From contig MU053379.1 of the NCBI GenBank assembly GCA_013239625.1, positions 1,718,866-1,782,865 on the forward strand: 64,000 bases of DNA, written 5' to 3'. Below the pieces are notes generated by a model. It did no database searches. It saw only the letters and a program-made list of their open reading frames with translations, and was not told the origin of the DNA. Numbering within the stretch: the stretch's first letter is position 1; every line of letters starts with the position of its first letter. A program made the position numbers and the translations under genes. The stretch comes from Lama guanicoe (Eukaryota). This document shows positions 49,391 to 63,869 of this stretch, one piece after another.

Positions 49391-51894
49391 GTGGTCCCTG
49401 CTGTAATGAGCCATCAGTCCAGAGAAGAGATGACTGGCACGCAGATACGAAAGCCTCAGAGCGAGACGTCCACTTTCTGGTCTAGCGTGTAAGGGGCTTG
49501 ACAGTCATCACTCCTGTCTTCACAACAAGGATAAGGCTGAACAGACGGAAAATCAACAACTCTCCTTAGATCCAGGTCACAGGGCAAACCCCTCTCCTCC
49601 CACACTGGAGGGCCAGGCAGATACAGAGAATCACAACTCACCAGGCAGAATCCCAGGAGCACACAGCTCCACGGGAACCAGCGCTGAAGCAGGAACAGCA
49701 CCGCTGTCGTTGACGAGCTCCTGGGGGCTCAGCGTGGGCAGGTCTGAGGGTTAAAACCTCTGGGTTTTGGGGGGCGGTCCCCAGACTTTAGCAAGTTTTA
49801 CTTCCAGGAGGACTACCAGCTTCTCACTGTGAAGATCAGAGAAAAATACCCTCTTGCTTTTTGGTGTGCTCCAGGGAAGGAGGTGCCATTTTGAAATATG
49901 CCCAGAGCATTCTGTTCTTAACAAGGCTTGCTCTCCAGAGAAGCTGTTTTACCAGAGCCTAATCATCTGGGTTTTTATCAGAGCCTTACCACCCTGGGGG
50001 AAGGGAAAACTCAGCTCCATCTCCCTCTTGTCTTCTCACCGCACCTCAAGGTGAGAAGGTCACAGCCAAGGGTGCAGGCTCTCTACAAGGTGGACACGAT
50101 GCCTCCCTCATCCTCGGGCTTTACCAGCCACATCAGCAGGACTCCTGTGTAATAACACGAGAGTATGACTTCAGGGACCACATGCACGTCTCTGACTTTA
50201 TTTAAGAAGAAATCTGTAGGGAAATGTACAGACAACTGGAGAGACAAAAACAAGGACATCTGAGGAAACTTTAGCCTCTGACACTGACAGCTGCAGTGAA
50301 CACTATCCACAGCCTAACCCCTGGTCGTAAAAACCAGAAATCTCACACTAAATGCCAATTTACTTCAGTTCTTTTTTCCTAGTATACTATGTCCAACAAA
50401 AAGTTGTAAAGCATATTGAAAGATAAAATACACAGTTTGAAGAGACCAAGAAAACATCAGAATCAGACTCCAGTATTAAAGACGTGTTGGATTATCAGAC
50501 TGGGAATTTGAAACAACCGTGATTAACATACTAAGGGCTCTAATGGAAAAGTGGGCAACATGCAAGAACAGATGGGCAATGCAGCAGAGAGGTGAAAACT
50601 CTAAGAAAAAAGTCGAAGGGAAACACTAGGGAAGAACACTGTAACAGCAATGAAGAATGCCTTTAATGGGCTTAGCAGTAAACTGGACATTTCCAAAAAA
50701 GAACCAGTGAACTTAAACAAATGCTAATAGAAACTCCCAAAGTTGAACTGTAATGAGAAAAAAAAAGAATGAAAAGAACAGACAAGTATAGTTGAGAATT
50801 ACAATTACAAAAGGTATAAATATATGCAATGAGAATGCCACAAGGAGAAGAAAGGGAAAAAGGAAGAAAAAATAGATGAAGCATTAATGACATAATTTTC
50901 CAAATTAAAGATAAACACCAAATCATAGATCCAGGAAGCTCAGAGAATACCAAGCAAGATGCACGCAGAGAGAATACCTAGGCATACACATAAAAACGGC
51001 AGGAAATCGAGGACAAAGGGAAATTCTTGAAAGAAGCCAAGGGCTGGGGGGAGGGGGTGGGGAGGGGGAGGAAACACCTTACGTAAAGAAGAGCGAGGAT
51101 AAGAATGACAGCGGACTTCTCTTTAGAAACCATGCAAGCAAGAAAAAATCCAGCAACTTATAACTCTTTATCCACTGAAATTATCCTTCAGAAGCGTAGG
51201 AGAAAGTAAGACTTTCTCAGACTAACAAAAATTGAGAGTATTTGTCACTAGTTGGCTTGTCTTGAGGAGCTGAAATGTTCAAAAAAAAGAAAAGAAATTC
51301 TTCAGAAATAAGAAAATGATACAGATCAGAAATTTGGATTTACATAAAGCAACGAAGAATGTTACAGGGGAAGTAAATAAACTTAAAAGAAAATACTTTT
51401 AAAAGTTCTTAATTGCTGTGACAGATAACAGTGTATTCAGTGATTGTAGATTATGGATAAGTGAAATGAATTATAGCAATGTTATAAGGTACAGGAGGGA
51501 GGCACTGGGAATACTTTGTTACAAGGTGCTAATGACACTGTGAAGTGGTCCAGTGTTAGTTTACAGAGGACTTGGGTTAGTTGTAAATGTACACTTTGTG
51601 AACGCAGTGGCAGTCACTTCAAAAGTGCAAAGTGTAACTGATATGCTGAGAGAGGGGGGAAAAGTGGAATCATATATCTCAATTAAAACCAGAGAAGCTG
51701 AAAAAGAGTGGGGGAGAAAAGAGCAAGGACAGCAGACAAGGACAGTGGCAGATATGGTAGACATTGGTCCAGATGTATCAGTGATCACTTCAAACACTGA
51801 TGGTCTAAACATGCCAATTGAAGGGCAGAGATTGTCAGAGTGAATAATAATAAAAAAGGCCCAACTATGTATTGTCCACAAGAAACACACTTTA

Positions 51895-52002
51895 AATATA
51901 AATATAAATAAGTATATATATATTTAAATATATACACATATGTATGTGTGTGTGTGATATATATATGTATGTGTGTGTATTTTATATATGTATATATATA
52001 TA
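51895..52002. repeat. (TA)n/(TG)n compound microsatellite
   Basis: Direct. Confidence 0.9.
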
Positions 52003-54356
52003 AAGGGATGGAGAAAGAAATGATACCATGCTAACACCAATTAAAAGAGAGCTAAAGAACCTCTACTAATTTTAGACAAAGCTACTTCAAGGAAAGGAAA
52101 TTTTTTTATGGATAAAAAAGGATATTATATAATGATAAATGGGTCAATTATCCAAGAAAACCTAACAATCTTTGATGTGTAAGCATCTAATAACAAAGCA
52201 TCAAAATACATGAGACAAAAAACTAATAGAACTGCAAGGAAAGGAGAGAGAAAAATCCACTATTATATTTGGAAACCTCAACACCTTTACCAAAAATGGA
52301 CAGAGCCAGCGGGCAGAAAATCAACAAGGATACAGGTCATCATCAGTCAACTGGATCTAATTGGCATCTATAGACGACTTCATTCAACAATGACAAAATA
52401 CACATTCTTCTCAAGCTCACATAGAACGTTCGCCAAGATAGACAACATTCTGGGACATATACATACCTCAGCAAATTTGAAAGCATAAAAATCATATAAA
52501 GTGTGCTCTCGGGCCACAATGGAATTAAACTAGAAATCAAAACCAGAAATAGCTGGAATAGAATACTTGAAAAACACAAAAACCTAGGAAGTTAAACCCC
52601 ACACTTCTAAATAACACATGAGTCAAGAAGAGATCACAAGAGAAATTTAAAAATATTTTGAAAGAAATGAAAAAGAGATTGCAACTGATTCAAACGTAAG
52701 GGATGGGGTGGAAGCAGTGCTTACAGAGAACTTTAAAACATTGAATGCTTATATTAGAAAAGAAGAATCTAGAATCTTTCATTTAATATTCCACCTTAGG
52801 AAAGTAGAAAAAGAAGACCAAATTAACTACAAAATAAACAGAAGAAAAGAAATAATAAAAACTAGAGGAGAAATCAATGAAATTGAAAATAAAAATTCAG
52901 TAGAGAGAGTCAACAAACCCAACATTAGGTCTTTGGAAAGATCCATAAAATTGATAAACCTTTAGCCAACTTAACTACAAAAAAGAGAAAATAAAAATTA
53001 TTAATATCAGAAATGAAGCGGGACTATCAGTGATCCTACGGAAATTAAAAAGATAATAAAGAAATACGAGTAGCTCTATACTCACAGCTTAATAATCTAC
53101 TGTCATGTCCGCCAGCCTACCACAGCGCACTCGAGGAAAGAGGTCTCTGCAAGGCCTATTACAGAAATTGAGTCAGTAATTAATAGCCTTCCAAATAGAA
53201 AACACCAGGCCCATGTGTTTTTGTTGGTGAATTCTACCAAATACTTAAGGAAGAAATTATACCGATTTTCTACAGTTTCTTCCAGAAAATAGAAGCAGAG
53301 TGACTCCTTCCTGCCTTTTCTATGAGGCTGGCGTTGCCCTAATAACAAAACCAGGCAAGACATTGCAAGGAAAGAAAACTGCAGACGAACACCTCTCATA
53401 ATCATAGATGCAAAAATCTTCAGTAAAATACGAGCAAATTGAATCCAATATATAAAAAAGAATGGTAGACCATGACCAGTAAGATATATTCCAAATACGC
53501 AAAGCTGGTTCAGTGTTTGAAAAGCAATTAAATTAATTCATCACATTGACAGGCTAGAGAAAAAATCTGTGATCATATTAATCGACGTAGGAAAAGCATT
53601 TGACGTGGGTATATCCAGTACCCATTATCTTAAAGATGCCAGGCAAGTGAGGAGTAGAGGAGAATTTCCTCAACTTCAAAGAGAAGATCCGCAAAAATAG
53701 CTAAAATCATACTTAACAGTGAAAAACCAGAGCTTTTCTTGCAAAGATCAGGAACAAGTGAAGGGTATCTACTCTCTCCACTCCTATTAAGGATTGTACC
53801 GGATCTCCTTGCTAATTCAGAAAGACTGGAAAATAAAATAAAGGTTATACATATTGGGAAGAAAGAAATAAAATCATCTGGTTTTTTTTTTTCCACAGGA
53901 AACATGATTGTCTATGTCGAAAATTCCAATAATTCACTCCTGGAACTATAAGCGATTATGGCAAAGTAGGAGGATACAAAATTAATACACAAAATTTAAT
54001 TGCTTTTCTGTATACTAGCCATGAACACTTGGAATTTGAAATTGAAAATACAATACCATTTATATTAGCACCAAAAGAAGAAATGAATCTAACTATATAT
54101 ATATATATAAGATCTGTATGAGGAAAACTGCAAAACTCTGATGAAAGAAATCAAAGAACTAAAAAAAAATGGAGCTATGTATTCACGTTCATGGATATGA
54201 ATCCTCAGTATTGATAAGATATTAGTTCTTTCCAATTTGATATACAGATTCAATGCAATCCCAGTCAACATCCCAAAAAGTTATTTGGTGGGATATCAGC
54301 AAACTAAATTTAAAGTTTTAAAGTTTATATTGAAAGACAAAAGACCTAGAATGGCA

Positions 54357-54522
54357 GGGGAGGGTATATCTCAGAGGCAGCATAAGTGCTTAGCATGCAC
54401 GAGGTCCTGGGTTCAATCCCCAGGACCTCCATTAAAAAATAAATAAATAACCCTAATTATCTCCCCTCACCAAAAAAAGAAATTAAAAAATGTGCAAAAT
54501 CAATAAAACAGTTCGAAAAAAA
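54357..54522 (+). mobile_element. tRNA-derived SINE (camelid Vic-1-like) with TSD
   Basis: GGGGAGGGTATATCTCAG...GAGGTCCTGGGTTCAATCCCCAGGACCTCC plus A-tail; TSD AAAAGACCTAGAATGGC (54339-54355) and AAAGGACCCAAAATAGC (54523-54539). Confidence 0.92.
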
Positions 54523-55766
54523 AAAGGACCCAAAATAGCCAACACAATGTTGAGGTAAAAAAACAATGTTGGAGGGCTGACGCTATCCAAATCCAACACT
54601 TAACAATAAAGTCACAGTAATCAAGACAGTGCAGCACTTTCTTGACAAAGAATAGACACATAGATTGATAGAACAAAATAGCCCAGAAACTGACCTTTGA
54701 CAAAGAAGCAAAGGCAATTCCAATAGAGAAAGGATAGTCCTGTCAGCAAATGGTGCAGGAATAACTGGACATCCACATGCAAATAAACGCATCTCGACAC
54801 AGACCTCACACTTCACAGAAATTAACTCGGAATGAATCATGGACCTAAGTGTGACAAGCAATGCTACCAACTCCTAAAACATAACACAGGAGAAAGTCCC
54901 TGGGTGTGACAGTGACTTTTTAGATACAGCAGCAAAAGCACAGGCCATGAAAGAAAAAACTGAGACGCTGAGCTTCGTTAAAATTAAAAAAAAAACTTTT
55001 GTTCTATAAGAGATACTGTTAAGAGAATGAAAAGACAAGCCACAGACCGGGAGAACAGCCCTGCAAAACACATATCTGAAGAAGAACTGGTATGCAGAAT
55101 CTGAAAAAGTCCTTAAAGCTCACCAGGAAGAAAACAAGAAAGCCAACTAAAATGTGGACAAAAGATCTGAACAGAAATATCACCAAAGAAGACACACAGA
55201 TGACAAACATATGAAAAGATGTGCAACCTCACATATCATTAGGAAATTGCAAATTAAAATGACAAGATACCACTGCACACCTATTAGAATAGTTCAAATC
55301 CAAAATATTGATACCACCAAATGCCAGCAAGGATGTGGAGCAACCGGAATTCTCATTCATTGCTGGTGAAAATGCCGGAAGGTACAGTCTCTCTGAAAGA
55401 CAGGTTTCAGTTTCTTACAAAACTGAACATACCCTTGCCATGTGATCGAGTTATCATTCTTTTTGCTGTGTACCCAAATGAGTTGAAAACATATGTCCAA
55501 AAAGCCAGCCAAGCCAAACCAAAACTGCATGTTTATTGCAAAAACTGCATGCTTTATTCAGAGCTGCAAAAAATTGGAAGCAATTAACATGTCCTTCAGT
55601 AGTTGAACGAATAAACAAACTGCGGTGGAGCCATACAATGCAATATCTTTCAGTAGTAAAAATAAATGAACTATCACGCCATGAAAGGATGTGGAGGGAT
55701 CTTAAGTGCGTATTGCCAAGTGAAAGAAGCCAAAATGGAAGGCATGGAACTGTTTGAATCCAATTA

Positions 55767-55975
55767 CAGTTGACCCTTGAACAACTCAGGGGCTGGGGTG
55801 CCGACACTGCAGTTGAGAACCCTCTGCGTCTGCAGTTCAATTCCTCTGCATCTGAGTCCACATCTGCGGATTCAGCCAACCACCGATCTTGTAGTACTGT
55901 GGTACTCACTATTGAGAAAAAAGTTTCGTACAAGTGGACCCGTGCAGTTCAAACCTGTTATTCAAGGGTCAACTA
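55767..55975. mobile_element. Non-autonomous Tigger2-family MITE
   Basis: TIRs CAGTTGACCCTTGAACAAC and GTTATTCAAGGGTCAACTA; TA at the left junction (55765-55766). Confidence 0.9.
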
Positions 55976-56258
55976 TGTATGACATTCTGGAAATGGCAAA
56001 ACTATGGAGACAGTAAAAATCAGTGGTTGCCGGGGGTTCAGGGGAAAGTAGGAACAAATAGGTGGAGCCTAGGGCATTCTTAGGGCAGTGAAACCATTCT
56101 GCATGATAAGATGATGATGGATACGTGTCATTCTTTGTCAAAACTAATAGAAGGGGCAGCACAAAGCGCTGACTGTAAACTATGAACTTTGGTTAATGAC
56201 AATATAACAGTGCTGATTCTTCACTTGTAATAAATATGCCACACTAATGCATGAGTTT

Positions 56259-57375
56259 TTAAATTGAGATTTAATTGACATATAACATTGTATTAATTTC
56301 AACTGTACAGCATGATGATTTGATATGTGCATATATTGCAAAATAATTGCCACAATAAATTTAGTTAACATCCATCACCACACATACTTACAATTTTTTT
56401 CTTGTATGAGAACTTTTCAGATGTAGTCTCTAAGCACTTTCAAATATACAACATAGCAGTGTTAACTACAGTCACTGTGCTGTACATTATAGCCCCAGGA
56501 CTTATTTATCTTATAACTAGAAGTTTGTACCTTTTGACCACCTTCACACATTTTGCCTGACCCTCACACCCTGCCTCTGACAACCACCAATCTCTTTTCT
56601 GTATGTATGAGTTTGTGGGTTTTTTAATTAGTTTTTTGATTTCAGATTTCACATAAAAGTGGCAGGATACAGTATCTGTCTTTCTCCGAGTTATTTCACA
56701 AAGCATGATGCCCTCAGTGTCCATCTGTGTTGTCACAAATGGCTGGATTTCCTTCTTTTTATGGCTGAATAATATTCCATTGTATATATACAGTCCATTT
56801 TCTTTATACCTTCATCTGTCCATGGACACTTAAGTGGTTTCAATGGCTTGGCTATTGTACGTAATGCTGCAATGAATGTGGGCTGCAAATATCCTTTCAA
56901 GATAGTGGTTTCATTTTCTCTGAATAAATATTCAGAAGTGGAATTACTGGATCATGTAGTTACTCTACTTTTAATTTTTTGAGGAACCTCTATACCGTTT
57001 TCTATAGTGGCTGCACCAATTTACATTCCCACCAGCAGTGCACAAGGGTTCCTTTTCTCATCCTTACCAACACTTACTATCTCTTGTCTTTTTAAATAGC
57101 CATTCAAATAAGTGTGAGGTGAGATCTCATTGTGGTTTTGATTTGCATTTCCCTGATGGTTAGCGATGTTGAGCACCTTCTCATGTACTTGTTGGCCGTT
57201 GTATGTCTTTGGGGGAAACCGTCTGTTCAGTTCCTCTGCCCGTTCTTTAATGAGACTTTTTTTCCTGTTGAGCTGTGTGAGTTCTTTATACATTTGGGCT
57301 ATTACCCTCTTCTCAGATACATGACTTGCAAATGTTTTCTCCCATTCCATAGGTGGCCTTTTGATTTTGTTGACA
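56259..57375 (-). mobile_element. L1 (L1MA-type) 3' fragment inserted antisense into the older L1
   Basis: MEWEKTFASHVSEK ORF2 peptide; TSD GCATGAGTTT (56249-56258) and GCATGATTTT (57376-57385). Confidence 0.92.
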
Positions 57376-57989
57376 GCATGATTTTAATAATAGGAGGAAC
57401 TGGGAGGGGAGGTTAGGGAGCATAGAGGAATTCTCTGTGCTTTACATTCAATTTTCCTGTATATGGATAACTTAAAAAAGTTTATTAATTATTTTTAGTG
57501 CCTCAGGTCAAAAAAAGATAGTTCTAAAGGTCAAGGTTAAAAGAGAAATAGAATTTGTGCTGTAGGAACGGGGTAGTCAGGAGCCGTGAAAGAGAGATTT
57601 ACAGTGTATCTGGAAGCCAGGAGAGATGTGGACAAGGGGGGAGGGTGCCTGAGGCCGGGGGATGACACAGACAGATGTTTGGTCCAGAAATCTCCTGGAT
57701 TAATGTAATAATGTCGGAGAAGCAGATTTTACTTAAAAAGTTAGAGAAGTGAGTGAGATTGTATCGTGATGGTGCTGAACGCCGCGTGCATGTGAAAGAC
57801 ACCAGTGTTTTCTTTTTTTTTTATCTAGCCATCATTCTGTCTTCCTGTTAACAAGCCAACCCTTTGTTGTGACGTGGGCTGGCCAGCCGAGGGTTTGATA
57901 CAGTCTAGGTCTCCCCTCAGATCCTTGGGGGTGCATTTTGTTTGTTCTAAACTAGTCATAGAAATTCCTTCTCTCTCTCTCCTCCCTTG

Positions 57990-58280
57990 GAGCTTGGCCA
58001 CCATGTTGTGAGGAAGCCCAGGCCACGTGTTCCTGCCGACAGTCCTAGCTAAGGTGCCGAGGTGCCAGCCAGCAGCCAGCCCACCAGGTGAATGACCCTT
58101 TGAATTACTCCAGCTCCCAGCCTCGGAGTCTTCCAGCTGGGGCTTCAGACATCACGGGGCGGAGACAAGCCATCCTCCCTGTACCCTGATTAAATTCCTG
58201 ACCCAGAGAAACCATGAGGCATAGTCAGTTATATTATTATTTTAAGTTGCTAAGTTTTGGAGCGATTCATTTGTTACTCA
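57990..58280 (+). mobile_element. MaLR LTR fragment (MLT1F/G-like)
   Basis: ggccaccatgttgtgaggaagcccaggcca...aattcctgacccagagaaaccatgag...gcaataggtaac. Confidence 0.8.
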
Positions 58281-58524
58281 GCAATAGGTAACAACTACAT
58301 GGCCGCTTTCTCAGTGTCTGTCCACCAGGCCTGAGGTGGATCTTTCTTGACGTCCGTCTGGCCCTGACTCATCTCTCTGAGCTGGAAGCAGCCCTTGTCA
58401 TCAACTGCTCAGCTTTAAAGTTCCATCTTCACCAACCAGGTTGGCAAGAGATACTGAGGGGCAGAGAAGTGAATGTAAACTCAGACTGACTAACTCCTGA
58501 GGTTGTGGGGTCCACACCTCAGGG

Positions 58525-58690
58525 GTCCTTCACACGTACTCTCACAGCAGCTCTGTGAGGTCGGCATCACTGCCATCACTGCTCCCATTTTACAGATGAA
58601 GAAACCGAGGCTTGGTGTGGTTCAGCCCTGAAGGCACACTGTGGCTGAGCTGGGATTCACACCCACATCCTCTGATTTCAAGTCAAGTTT
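58525..58690 (-). mobile_element. MIR SINE
   Basis: cccattttacagatgaagaaaccgaggc...gagctgggattcacaccca. Confidence 0.85.
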
Positions 58691-59439
58691 TTTTTCCCAA
58701 ACTGGGTCAGATTCATATTAATTTCCTTCATCTTTGGCTGGATCCTCACCACTGCCCAAGAATCTTTTATTTCCTCTTGCTGTCTCCCCATCTCTTGTTC
58801 ATCAGGATTCTAAGTGGCTTTTATTTTCCTCGAATCCCACCCACATTCTCATCAGATAAACTTACCTTCCATCTAGTCATCTGGAGGGGATAGAATCATA
58901 GAAGGGGCTTCCCATTAGGACTGAGGTCATAGAGGAGACACCTAGCCACTTCTGGAAGACACCGCCTGGGCAGACTACTAGATGGGGAGGGACCCTGGCC
59001 CCTCCCACTTCTGCCTGTCATCTTCTGCCAGTGCCTCCCCTTGGCCGAAGTGGTCCAGTCTCCAGCTGACTGGAAGCTGATACATAGCTGGCATAAAATG
59101 GTACCTCACCAGAGTTTCCCTGCCCGTATCTCGAACTTTCACTGAGTGCTTAGATACACTTGCCTGAGGTTCTCCAAGCTTAAAAATTCAAGCAGTTATT
59201 TGAAGACTATTTAAAAAATTATCTGGAAGTGACTGAGCCCAAACTTATGGACAAATGTTGGGTTATGTGCCAAGGTAGTACCCCACCCACATCAGATTCT
59301 GGAAACGTCTCTCTTCCCTTTCTCTCCTCCCCACATGGTTTTATTAGCAACAGAAGCACCTCCATCTGGACTTGGAGAATTTCACTCTTTCCAGATGGCT
59401 GGACCTGTAGCCTGTCTACTCAGGATCTGTAAGTGACCA

Positions 59440-61400
59440 TTGAAAACACTGTGAAATACATCAAACATACCAAAGAATGTATATAATGTGTACATTTAAA
59501 AGAATAATGTTTATTTGTTAAAAGCCAAAAACTTTTGGAGTCGTCAATGTGCCCTTCTCCCAAGGCATCTCCCCACCTCCTGTCAGGAGTATCAGCCATT
59601 TCCTTGATTTTTGTTTTAGTTTTACCACATATGTGTGTTTTTCTAAACAATATATGACTTGTCTTTTGAACTTTATACAAATGGAATCATGTCTTAGGCA
59701 TCCTTCTAAAAATTGCTTTCTTTTCCATCCAACGTTATCTTTTTTGAAATTCATCGATATTAATATATCTAACTGTAGTTTTTTCATTTTTTCCACTGCA
59801 TTATGGAATATACCAAATGTATTGATTTGGTCTACTTTGAACAGAAAGTAAATTATTTCTGAGTTCTTTGCTACTGCAAACTCTGATGTTATGAAAAAAT
59901 TTTGTACTTTTTCCTTGTACACATCATTATTTTTCTAGGGAAAATATGATAAAGCAACAATGCTGGGTCATTACATTTATATGTAGAGATATATGTATTT
60001 ATATATCTATATACATATATATAAAATTTGCTTAAAGCCAAATTATTTCCCTCGAAATTTTTAACATATATATTTCATAATTAAGTATGAGCATTCACGT
60101 TTCTCAAATCCTCACCAGCATCCAGTATTGTCAGATTTTGTAATTTATGCTTTTCATTTGAATTTCCCTGATGGCCGATGAACTTGATGATGATTCTGCC
60201 TGTGTGTCAGCCATTGGCTCCTCTACTGCTTTGAAGCAGCTCTCCATGTCTACTGATTTTCCTATCACGATATTTATCTTTTTCTTGTGGACTTACAAGA
60301 GATGTATATGTATTGTCTATTCAAATTCTTTACCTTGTATATGAAGCATCTATCTTTTCCTAGTTGGTGGCCTGCCTTTGATTTATTGGACTCTAACTGA
60401 ACAGAAGTTCTCAATTTTCAGGTAGCTCAATCCTTTCTGGATTTTCCCTGTTTAAGTAATTTTTGTGCCATAGAAAGTGCTTTTGATTCCCCAGGTCACA
60501 TCCCACTAGTCCATGGTCTGACTTCAGCACTGTTTGTGTTGGAAAGTTCTATATGAACTTGAACTCACTTCAATAGTTTTAATAGAATTTCTGTTGTTGA
60601 TCTAATCTTGTGTCCCAGGAGTAAATCCACCTTGGTTATATTGTACGTACACATTATTTTCATATCTGGAATCAGGGTGCTACTGTTCGGCTTAGGACTT
60701 TGTGCATCTCTGGTCATGTTCGAGATTATTTATAATTTGCCCTCCTCACACTGTTCTTGTCTGGCTTTGCTGTCAAGGATATACCTCATTTTAGCTCTGA
60801 AGAGTTTGTGCAGAAGTAGAATTGTCTATTCCTTGAAAACACAGGTGAATTCAGGCTATAAAACTCTGAGACTTATGTTTTATTTAGGGAAAAATTTAAA
60901 TTAATAATCAAGTTTCATTAATTATTATTAATTATGTCATTCATATTTTTATTTTTCTTTGAGTCAGCTTTGGTGAGTTATATATTTCTAAGCATTTATG
61001 CAGATTTATTGACATAATCATAATATCCTCTTAACCCTTTTAATGTTCATACCTCATGATGAGGTAGCCTTTTTTATTCCTGATATGTTATTAGCTTCTT
61101 CCTCCCACCCTCCCTCCCTCCCTTCCTCCTATACTATTTAATTATTTAAACAATTCCTGATCAGTATTGTTGGTCTTTTGTCTTTCTCATTTTTTCATAA
61201 ACACTTTTATATCTTTAAATATATTAAACATATTTATTTTATATTGGTGTCTGATCATTCCAATAATACCAGGCTTTGTGAGCCTGACTCTGTGGTTTGT
61301 TGTTTTTGTTGGATTTTGCTCATGATAACTTATTTCCTTTTGGATTTGTTTATGTGGGGTAGGAGGTAACTCATGTTTCCTGGACTTTTATCCATTTTAA
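59440..61400 (-). mobile_element. Highly degraded old L1 (L1ME-type)
   Basis: ttttgaactttatacaaatggaatcat, tcctcaccagcatccagtattgtcag, gaacagaagttctcaatttt. Confidence 0.7.
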
Positions 61401-61417
61401 TTCTTAAGGCCAATTTT

Positions 61418-61871
61418 AATTTAATTTAATTAAAAATTTTTTAATTGAAGTATAGTTGATTTACAATGTGTTAGTTTCTGGTGTACAGCATAGTGATTCA
61501 GATATATATATATATATTCTTTTTCATTACAGGTTATTACAAGATATTGAATATAGTCCCCTGTGCTATACAGTATGACTTTGTTGTTTATCTATTTTAT
61601 ATATAATAGTTTGTATCTGCTAATCCCAAACTCTTAATTTATACCCCCCTCACTTCCCTTTTGATAACCATTTGTTTTATATGTCTGTGAGTCTGTTTCT
61701 GGTTTGTAAATAAGTTCATTTGTCTCATTTTTTAGATTCCACATATAAGTGATATCATATGAGATTTGTCTTTTTCTGTCTGACTTACTTCACTTAGTAT
61801 GATAATCTCTTGGTCCATCTATGTTGCTGCAAATGGCATTATTTCATTCTTTTTTATGGCTGAGTAGTATT

Positions 61872-61915
<44 letters not shown>

Positions 61916-63558
61916 CCACATCTTCTTTATCCAATCATCTGTTGATGGACACGTAGGTTGCTTTCATGTCTTGGCTATTGCAGGTAATGCTGCAATGAAC
62001 ATTGGGTGTAGGTATCTTTTTGAGTTAGAGTTTTCTTTGGATATATGCCCAGGATTGGGATTGCTGGATCATATGGTAACTTTATTTTTAGTTTGTTTAA
62101 TGAATCTGTATACTGTTTTCCATAGTGACTGCACCAAATTACATTCCCACCAACAGTGAAGGAGGGTTCCCTTTTCTCCACACCCTCTCCAGCATTGATC
62201 GTCTGTGGACTTTTTAATGATGGCGATTCTGACTGGTGTGAGGTGATAATTGCATTACAATGAGATTTGCATTTCTCTTATAATTAGTGACATTAGCATC
62301 CTTTTCTGTGCATATTGGCCATCTGTATGTCTTCTTTGGAAAAAATGTCTATTTAGGTCTTCTGCCTGTTTTTTAATTGTGTGTGTGTGTGTGTGTTATT
62401 GAGTCGTATGAGCTCTTTGTATATTCTGGAAATTAATCCCTTGTAAGTAGCATCATTTGCAAATATTTTTTCCCAGTCTATAGTTTGTCTTTTTATTTTC
62501 GTTTATGGTCTCCTTTGCTGTGCAAAAGCTTGTAAGTTTGATTAGGTCCCATTTGTTTACCTTTGCTTTTCTTTCTATTGCCTTTGGAGACTGACCTAGG
62601 AAAACATTGCTATGACTAATGTCAGAGAATGCTTTACCTGTGTTCTCTTCTAGGAGATTTATGGTGTCTTGTCTTATGTTTAAGTTTTTAAGCCATTGTG
62701 AATTTATTTTTGTGCATGGTGTGAGGGAGTGTTCTAACTTTACTGATTTACATGCAGCTGTCCAGACTTCCCAGCACTGCTTGCTGAAGATACTGTCTTT
62801 TCTCCATCATATGTTCTTGTCTCCTTTGTCAAAGATTAATTGTAGATGTGTGGGTTTACTTCTGGGCTCTCTGTTCTGTTCCATTGATCCGTATGTCTGT
62901 TTTTGTACCAATACCACGCTGTTTTGGTTACTGTAGCTCTGTAGTACTGTCTGAAGTCTGGGAGGGTTATTCCTCCAGCTTCGTTCTTTTTCTTCAGTTT
63001 TCCTTTGGTGATTCTGGGTCTTTTGTGATTCCATATAAATTTTAAGATTATTTGTTCTAATTCTGTGAAAATGTCCTGGGTAACTTGATAGGGATTACAT
63101 TAAATCTCTAGATTGCTTTGGGTAGAATGGCCATTTAAAAAATATTAATTCTTCCAATCCAAGAGCATAAGATATCTTTCCATTTCTTTAAATCATCTTC
63201 AGTTTCCTTTATCAATGTTTTATAGTTCTCCATGTATAGGTCTTTGACCTCCTCGGTCAGGTTTATTCCTAGGTATAATAGTTATTTTGATGTGATCTTA
63301 AAAGGAATTGTTATATACTTATGTGATATTTCATTGTTAGTGTAAAGAAATGCAACAGATTTCTGTATGTTAATCTTGTCTCTTGCTACCTTGCTGAATT
63401 TGCTTATCATTTCTAGTAGCTTTTGTGTGGAACCTTTAGGGCTTTCTATATGTAGTGTCATGTCATCTGCATATAGTGACAATTTTACCTTTTCTCTTCC
63501 AATTTGGATCCCTTTTATTTCTTTTTCTTGTTTGATTTCTATGGCTAGGACTTCCAAC
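61418..63558 (-). mobile_element. Young 5'-truncated L1 with TSD
   Basis: [33 protein letters not shown] (RT YADD motif); TSD CTTAAGGCCAATTTT (61403-61417) and CTTCAGGCAAATTTT (63559-63573). Confidence 0.96.
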
Positions 63559-63869
63559 CTTCAGGCAAATTTTGAAAGGAGATTTATTTAGAGAAAAATT
63601 CCCTTTGCGCCTGCTTGGTGCCTACGTGTATCCATCAACTTGGGACAATGTTTAGCTAATATTTTTTGGTTTCAGAATTCTCACATCACATATAGATATA
63701 AATTTAGGCCCCACACCCATGGGATATGTGAGCTTATGGTTGGGAATTCTCAAGGTAGACTTATTTTTCCCCACTCTTCCCAGAGCCAATGTTGAGCTCT
63801 GCTTGACATCCGCATTCTCTCTGCTTAGTCTTCACCTATGTTTAGCCTTCATCACGGCTTCCTCCCGAG

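Larger units (their letters stand above)
49460..57495 (+). mobile_element. Near full-length ancient L1 (L1MC-type) with degraded 5' UTR, ORF1, ORF2 and 3' UTR; hosts three nested elements
   Basis: ORF2-like peptides in order: DISVITSNTDGLN-like (EN start), YTFFSSSHRTFAKIDNILGH, LNAYIRKEE, SGTSEGYLLSPLL, IYRFNAIPVNIPK, RYHCTPIR. The 3' end gaaaccattctgcatgat...gtaaactatgaacttt...ccacactaatgc resumes at 57376. Confidence 0.9.
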
